In this document: in pieces, positions 62,901 to 64,000 of the stretch
How the letters are laid out: each line of letters starts with the position of its first letter
How positions within the stretch are numbered: the first letter of the stretch is position 1
From: Chrysemys picta bellii
Lineage: Eukaryota
Assembly (NCBI RefSeq): GCF_011386835.1
Contig: NC_088798.1
Coordinates: 13,082,001-13,146,000, forward strand
Direction of reading: 5' to 3'
DNA length: 64,000 nt
The notes under the pieces: generated by a model
What the model saw: the letters and a program-made list of their open reading frames with translations, nothing else
Databases searched by the model: none
Told to the model about the DNA's origin: nothing
Position numbers and translations under genes: made by a program

Positions 62901-63547
62901 GGAGCTGTAGGGGCAGTGCTTGCAGGCAAGAACAGTGCATAGAGACCCCTGCCTCCCCCCAGACCACAGGAGCATGCTGACTGCTTCCGGGAGCGGCGCG
63001 GGCCAGGGCAGGCAGGGAGCCTGTCTTAGCCCCGCTGCGCCACTGGATTTTTAGCGCCGGAGATTGCGACCGACTGTCAGAGGCTCCAGGATTGACCAGT
63101 CAATCGCGATCTACCGGTTGGTGACCACTGTGTTAAATGGTCTTTTGTTTATTACTGAACTAGTAGTAATAATGGCAGATTTAGAGCGGAATGGGCACCA
63201 ATCCCCAGATCCAGTCCCAATGGTAGAACATTCTTACAATCATGAAAAGGGAATGCTCTTCTAAACAGCAACCAAATTTGGTATTCAAAGGCCACTCAAT
63301 ATTTTTTAAAGATTTACTTCAGCTTATTTTGGATAAGCATTTACATATATTGGATAAGCCTTTTATACTCTAGGGTTATAAAGCATTTCTGTTCTATAAA
63401 ACAGACACAAATATGTATGATCACCTTCTGGAAAGTAGATATGGGCGAGACAGCATACAGATTTCCTTCTCCAAAGACTTCTGCCCAGTTTCTCTGGCAT
63501 ACCTTCATTCGATTCTTGAAATGGTATTCATTGTCAGGGTTAAAGGC
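252..63547 (-). CDS. USP24: USP24 ubiquitin carboxyl-terminal hydrolase 24, partial multi-exon CDS (53 exons in window; 5' and 3' ends outside)
   Basis: Spliced translation matches vertebrate USP24 as I recall it, from [15 protein letters not shown] to NRQNNQ. The 53 exons sum to 6222 nt with consistent phases. All acceptors are AG; 50 of the 52 internal donors are GT and 2 are GC. Cys box [12 protein letters not shown] and His box [13 protein letters not shown] are present. Confidence 0.97.
901..1017 (-). CDS. USP24: USP24 exon 52
   Basis: [39 protein letters not shown]; 117 nt. Confidence 0.95.
2034..3434 (-). mobile_element. 5'-truncated RTE-clade LINE (reverse transcriptase remnant, frameshifted)
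   Basis: RT motifs [29 protein letters not shown] and LQYADD (ORF 2973-3425). RTE-type C-terminus LLYGCETW...RLPKQVLY (ORF 2358-2918). Microsatellite-like 3' end (aatcaatcatc). 10-bp TSD ccttaaaatt at 2024-2033 and 3435-3444. Confidence 0.9.
3752..3848 (-). CDS. USP24: USP24 exon 51
   Basis: (K)[32 protein letters not shown]; 97 nt. Confidence 0.95.
5697..5810 (-). CDS. USP24: USP24 exon 50
   Basis: (R)[37 protein letters not shown](K); 114 nt. Confidence 0.95.
5904..6523. mobile_element. Non-autonomous hAT (Charlie-type) MITE
   Basis: Perfect 15-bp TIR caggggtgggcaaac / gtttgcccacccctg; perfect 8-bp TSD ttctagag (5896-5903, 6524-6531); GC-rich interior. Confidence 0.92.
7275..7378 (-). 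CDS. USP24: USP24 exon 49
   Basis: [34 protein letters not shown](R); 104 nt. Confidence 0.95.
8154..8249 (-). CDS. USP24: USP24 exon 48
   Basis: [32 protein letters not shown]; 96 nt. Confidence 0.95.
9380..9530 (-). CDS. USP24: USP24 exon 47
   Basis: (L)[19 protein letters not shown]...EKMPVRIYQ; 151 nt. Confidence 0.95.
9876..10017 (-). CDS. USP24: USP24 exon 46
   Basis: (S)[24 protein letters not shown]...QEAEDLS(L); 142 nt. Confidence 0.95.
10454..10578 (-). CDS. USP24: USP24 exon 45 (KWYKFND motif)
   Basis: (R)[41 protein letters not shown](S); 125 nt. Confidence 0.96.
10843..11117. mobile_element. PIF/Harbinger-type MITE
   Basis: TIR gggtatgtctacactgcatct vs agatgcagtgtagacacaccc (20/21); 3-bp TSD aat on both sides. 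Confidence 0.75.
11349..11569 (-). CDS. USP24: USP24 exon 44, USP His box (catalytic His codon 11375-11377)
   Basis: [10 protein letters not shown]...[25 protein letters not shown](R); 221 nt. Confidence 0.97.
11989..12108 (-). CDS. USP24: USP24 exon 43
   Basis: [40 protein letters not shown]; 120 nt. Confidence 0.96.
12501..12777. mobile_element. PIF/Harbinger-type MITE
   Basis: Degenerate ggctatgtctacact-type TIRs; TAA on both flanks; interior homologous (inverted) to the copy at 54926-55220. Confidence 0.7.
12824..12965 (-). CDS. USP24: USP24 exon 42
   Basis: (R)[21 protein letters not shown]...YYCEKCKEK; 142 nt. Confidence 0.95.
13881..13963 (-). CDS. USP24: USP24 exon 41
   Basis: [27 protein letters not shown](R); 83 nt. 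Confidence 0.95.
14864..15293 (-). pseudogene. DIRS tyrosine recombinase C-terminal remnant
   Basis: ORFs 15126-15362 and 14864-15208. The catalytic H-x-x-R box is degenerated to NLTR, and there are frameshifts. Confidence 0.75.
15294..17714 (-). pseudogene. DIRS gag/ORF1 remnant (frameshifted)
   Basis: ATG at 17714 ([14 protein letters not shown]...). Fragments in ORFs 17436-17765, 15765-16199 and 15397-15648 ([20 protein letters not shown]); basic C-terminal tail. Confidence 0.75.
16932..16970. repeat. 14-bp tandem repeat (ctggagctcagtgc x about 2.8) inside DIRS gag
   Basis: Units start at 16932, 16946 and 16960. Confidence 0.85.
17767..18050 (-). mobile_element. Penelope-like element (PLE) terminal fragment nested in the DIRS 5' region
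   Basis: aaaagaacaggagtacttgtggcaccttagagactaac...gagcataagctttcgtgggctactgcccacttcttcggatgca, recognised from memory as an abundant turtle PLE terminal repeat; includes a (TA)n(CA)n tract. Confidence 0.65.
17886..17926. repeat. (TA)n(CA)n microsatellite
   Basis: atatatatatacacacacac... read directly. Confidence 0.9.
19819..19917 (-). CDS. USP24: USP24 exon 40 (QQDA box)
   Basis: [33 protein letters not shown]; 99 nt. Confidence 0.96.
20149..20274 (-). CDS. USP24: USP24 exon 39
   Basis: [42 protein letters not shown]; 126 nt. Confidence 0.95.
20760..20879 (-). CDS. USP24: USP24 exon 38, USP Cys box (catalytic Cys codon 20811-20813)
   Basis: [40 protein letters not shown]; 120 nt. Confidence 0.97.
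21377..21521 (-). CDS. USP24: USP24 exon 37
   Basis: (K)[19 protein letters not shown]...[10 protein letters not shown]; 145 nt. Confidence 0.95.
21777..21892. mobile_element. Short DIRS terminal-repeat fragment (different family)
   Basis: CpG-rich patch in an AT-rich intron, agcgcatgcgcgtccc...gacgcaccgacacctgaagtggagcacccacagggaca, resembling DIRS ITR ends (recognition only). Confidence 0.45.
22229..22346 (-). CDS. USP24: USP24 exon 36
   Basis: (G)[38 protein letters not shown](K); 118 nt. Confidence 0.95.
22574..23091 (-). mobile_element. CR1 LINE 3' fragment (young)
   Basis: Uninterrupted ORF2 C-terminus [58 protein letters not shown]; 3' end attctatgattc. Confidence 0.95.
23285..23697. 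mobile_element. Degenerate Harbinger-type MITE
   Basis: Decayed ttatgtctgcact...agcatagatttgcc ends; internal gtag/ctac subterminal motifs. Confidence 0.4.
23805..23996 (-). CDS. USP24: USP24 exon 35
   Basis: (S)[20 protein letters not shown]...LCGAEKEML(G); 192 nt. Confidence 0.95.
24812..24873 (-). CDS. USP24: USP24 exon 34
   Basis: (R)[20 protein letters not shown](S); 62 nt. Confidence 0.94.
25715..25875 (-). CDS. USP24: USP24 exon 33 (followed by a GC donor)
   Basis: [16 protein letters not shown]...[10 protein letters not shown](R); 161 nt; ends CAGAG|gcaagt. Confidence 0.93.
26081..26165 (+). mobile_element. Possible tRNA-derived SINE head, degenerate
   Basis: A-box-like cagcttaagcagcagag and B-box-like gtttcaaccc at tRNA-like spacing. 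Confidence 0.35.
26385..26512 (+). mobile_element. Deu-domain SINE (AmnSINE1-like) remnant
   Basis: gatgttaaagcaagatcc...aagccctgtggcactatt...ggtcaaattccaactggagtaac resembles the Deu-SINE core (recognition only). Confidence 0.45.
26515..27967. mobile_element. hAT (Ac/ZBED1-like) transposon derivative built from two inverted 3' ends
   Basis: Minus ORF 26827-27468 encodes the transposase C-terminus with the hATC dimerization region (ALNPRFK; [26 protein letters not shown]...LVCL). Plus ORF 27480-27725 is a second, inverted copy. The right end ...gtaatcgacagtccta is TIR-like; the left terminus is truncated. Confidence 0.88.
28309..28358 (-). mobile_element. CR1 extreme 3' end (50 bp)
   Basis: gaatcatagaataccagggctggaagggacctcaggaggtcatctagtcc, nearly identical to 22574-22623. 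Confidence 0.85.
29141..29211 (-). CDS. USP24: USP24 exon 32
   Basis: (G)[23 protein letters not shown]; 71 nt. Confidence 0.94.
30161..30316 (-). CDS. USP24: USP24 exon 31
   Basis: (G)[23 protein letters not shown]...LQLRSQQL(G); 156 nt. Confidence 0.95.
30563..30722 (-). CDS. USP24: USP24 exon 30
   Basis: [24 protein letters not shown]...GIRNRLSSS(G); 160 nt. Confidence 0.95.
31399..31627 (-). CDS. USP24: USP24 exon 29
   Basis: (R)[15 protein letters not shown]...[12 protein letters not shown]; 229 nt. Confidence 0.95.
31795..31890 (-). CDS. USP24: USP24 exon 28
   Basis: (S)[31 protein letters not shown](R); 96 nt. Confidence 0.95.
32669..32766 (-). CDS. USP24: USP24 exon 27
   Basis: [32 protein letters not shown](S); 98 nt. 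Confidence 0.95.
34290..34520 (+). mobile_element. Highly degenerate DIRS-like RNase H fragment
   Basis: TLEDAF (compare TLTTDAS), followed by [19 protein letters not shown] (compare LHINxLELRAVRLA). Confidence 0.45.
34993..35113. mobile_element. Penelope-like terminal fragment (second PLE family)
   Basis: gagagacaaggtgatggaggttatattttttattggaccaacttctcacccaccttgtctctaatatcctgggaccaacacagctacaac; internal inversion; related to 50185-50272. Confidence 0.5.
35871..36026 (-). CDS. USP24: USP24 exon 26
   Basis: [24 protein letters not shown]...FRVLYNLE; 156 nt. Confidence 0.95.
36324..36417 (-). CDS. USP24: USP24 exon 25
   Basis: (R)[31 protein letters not shown]; 94 nt. Confidence 0.95.
36578..36663 (-). 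CDS. USP24: USP24 exon 24
   Basis: [28 protein letters not shown](R); 86 nt. Confidence 0.95.
37723..37893 (-). CDS. USP24: USP24 exon 23 (Ser-rich)
   Basis: [18 protein letters not shown]...[13 protein letters not shown]; 171 nt. Confidence 0.95.
37975..38073 (-). CDS. USP24: USP24 exon 22
   Basis: [33 protein letters not shown]; 99 nt. Confidence 0.94.
38478..38588 (-). CDS. USP24: USP24 exon 21
   Basis: [37 protein letters not shown]; 111 nt. Confidence 0.95.
38798..38864 (-). CDS. USP24: USP24 exon 20
   Basis: (R)[22 protein letters not shown]; 67 nt. Confidence 0.95.
40276..40391 (-). CDS. USP24: USP24 exon 19
   Basis: [38 protein letters not shown](R); 116 nt. Confidence 0.95.
40909..40962 (-). 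CDS. USP24: USP24 exon 18
   Basis: [18 protein letters not shown]; 54 nt. Confidence 0.95.
41126..41266 (-). CDS. USP24: USP24 exon 17
   Basis: [24 protein letters not shown]...[10 protein letters not shown]; 141 nt. Confidence 0.95.
41340..41463 (-). mobile_element. Penelope-like terminal fragment
   Basis: cagaggggtagcagtgttaatctggatctgtaaaaagcgacaaagagtcctgtggcacc...; same family as 43238-43447. Confidence 0.7.
42384..42460 (-). CDS. USP24: USP24 exon 16
   Basis: (G)[25 protein letters not shown]; 77 nt. Confidence 0.94.
42722..42833 (-). CDS. USP24: USP24 exon 15
   Basis: [37 protein letters not shown](G); 112 nt. Confidence 0.95.
43238..43447. mobile_element. Penelope-like insertion with inverted duplication and 13-bp TSD
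   Basis: TSD ttcctcatttatg at 43225-43237 and 43448-43460; inverted arms 43274-43347 / 43376-43449. Confidence 0.8.
43783..43914 (-). CDS. USP24: USP24 exon 14
   Basis: [44 protein letters not shown]; 132 nt. Confidence 0.95.
44577..44726 (-). CDS. USP24: USP24 exon 13
   Basis: [16 protein letters not shown]...[10 protein letters not shown]; 150 nt. Confidence 0.95.
45397..45504 (-). CDS. USP24: USP24 exon 12
   Basis: [36 protein letters not shown]; 108 nt. Confidence 0.94.
47413..47574 (-). CDS. USP24: USP24 exon 11
   Basis: [15 protein letters not shown]...[13 protein letters not shown]; 162 nt. Confidence 0.95.
47677..47772 (-). CDS. USP24: USP24 exon 10 (followed by a GC donor)
   Basis: [32 protein letters not shown]; 96 nt; ends AAG|gcatga. 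Confidence 0.92.
48262..48369 (-). CDS. USP24: USP24 exon 9
   Basis: [36 protein letters not shown]; 108 nt. Confidence 0.95.
49496..49704 (+). mobile_element. LTR 3' fragment
   Basis: GC-richer block ending ...ccagcatcgttaca; no TSD found. Confidence 0.4.
50185..50272. mobile_element. Penelope-like terminal fragment, decayed
   Basis: gagagagacaaggtaggtgaggtaatac...gacaagcttttgagagtcacagagctctttc. Confidence 0.5.
52528..52631 (-). CDS. USP24: USP24 exon 8
   Basis: (G)[34 protein letters not shown]; 104 nt. Confidence 0.95.
53214..53328 (-). CDS. USP24: USP24 exon 7
   Basis: [38 protein letters not shown](G); 115 nt. Confidence 0.95.
53379..53406. repeat. (CA)n microsatellite
   Basis: Read directly; lies 50 bp upstream of the exon-7 acceptor. 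Confidence 0.9.
54415..54573 (-). CDS. USP24: USP24 exon 6
   Basis: [19 protein letters not shown]...[11 protein letters not shown]; 159 nt. Confidence 0.95.
54926..55220. mobile_element. PIF/Harbinger-type MITE
   Basis: gactatgtctacac...agtgtagacaatct ends; interior (ctctcctgccgacaaaataaaaccacc) shared with 12501-12777. Confidence 0.7.
55420..55650. repeat. Two adjacent short palindromic MITE-like elements
   Basis: Nested imperfect inverted repeats (cctaactgacttaggagc / gctcctaagtcagttagg; tgcaaggtactag / ttcagcaccttgca). Similar short palindromes lie near 24320-24425, 35450-35540, 45995-46060 and 52417-52483. Confidence 0.5.
55918..55992 (-). CDS. USP24: USP24 exon 5
   Basis: [25 protein letters not shown]; 75 nt. 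Confidence 0.94.
56575..56967 (-). mobile_element. Solo LTR-like sequence
   Basis: The minus strand begins tatggcagatattgcaac..tatcttt..attgtattaaatttatgaatg, resembling turtle LTR starts, and has a TATA-like ataaaaagg; ends degenerate. Confidence 0.4.
57008..57239. mobile_element. hAT (Tip100-type TIR) MITE
   Basis: TIR c(-)ggggcggctc / gagccgtccctg; 8-bp TSD tctctggc / tctctagc (7/8). Confidence 0.8.
58080..58145 (-). CDS. USP24: USP24 exon 4
   Basis: [22 protein letters not shown]; 66 nt. Confidence 0.95.
59366..60262 (-). mobile_element. Older CR1 LINE 3' fragment
   Basis: LVKFADD RT motif (60081-60290); [20 protein letters not shown] (59459-59662); many stops and indels. Confidence 0.85.
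60305..60515 (-). mobile_element. AmnSINE1/Deu-SINE-like remnant
   Basis: Minus strand ctaaagatcccatg...ggtgtcctgaattcatttcaatttgggtaattat...gtagctgcatttcag...tgtgtaaa. Confidence 0.5.
60845..60910 (-). CDS. USP24: USP24 exon 3
   Basis: [22 protein letters not shown]; 66 nt; AG/GT. Confidence 0.94.
61595..61630 (-). CDS. USP24: USP24 exon 2 (36-nt microexon)
   Basis: [12 protein letters not shown]; ctag|GAA...AGG|gtaggt. Confidence 0.92.
62318..63130. mobile_element. Non-autonomous hAT (Charlie-type) MITE
   Basis: TIR cagtggtctccaacc / ggttggtgaccactg (14/15); TSD tgttagat / tgttaaat (7/8); GC-rich ggggtgcagg-repeat interior. Confidence 0.88.
63425..63547 (-). CDS. USP24: USP24 exon (window exon 1)
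   Basis: [41 protein letters not shown]; AG/GT; 123 nt. Confidence 0.95.
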
Positions 63548-64000
63548 CTTGAAACAAACAAAAAAACAAAAAACAACCACAACGTGGCTTATTTGTGAGT
63601 CTCAAAGACAGATCTTGTTAACATTTGACTTCAGTAGTTGAACACAGTTCTTGAGCATGGCTAATTTTTCCAAGTGAAAGAGAAATTAACAGCTCAGCAT
63701 GGATAATTCATGTTAACGATACTTAATACTTAACATATACAGTATTAAAACTTCAGAACACCGTACAAACAATCTCCAACAATCCTCCAACTTGAGGCAG
63801 GTAGATATCCCCTTATTGATTTGCTTCTACAGAAAAAGGACAGACTGAAAGGGGGTTAAAGTGATCTGCACATGGCCACAGTAGTGTCAGAGGAGGGATT
63901 AGAAGACAGGAGTTCCTGCCTCCCAGACCTATGGTCATTCTTTTGGCAATGATAGCCTCTTTAGAACAGGAATACAAGTGAAGATTTTAGAAAGTGACGA

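Noticed and set aside
62515-62980. Overlapping ORFs of 62-142 aa
   Set aside because: Same cause: the GC-rich interior of a hAT MITE.

Overview
Eukaryotic (vertebrate) genomic DNA; the repeat content suggests a turtle (inference). The whole window lies inside one large minus-strand gene, the deubiquitinase USP24. I traced 53 consecutive coding exons by hand, from 63547 down to 252 (6222 nt, 2074 codons, all splice phases consistent). They include the catalytic Cys box and His box. The gene's start and stop lie outside the window. Two introns must use non-canonical GC donors. The introns hold the remaining features: a 5'-truncated RTE LINE with a target-site duplication (TSD); three CR1 pieces; an internally deleted DIRS tyrosine-recombinase retroelement that keeps its ITRs and ICR; Penelope-like fragments carrying hammerhead-like motifs, one forming a 74-bp-arm hairpin with a TSD; an inverted hAT-transposase derivative made of two 3' ends; and several hAT- and Harbinger-type MITEs. 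I see no prokaryotic-type system, CRISPR array, rRNA or tRNA gene. I cannot claim a new biological system. The most unusual items are transposon architectures and candidate ribozyme motifs. Homology calls are from recognition, not database searches.
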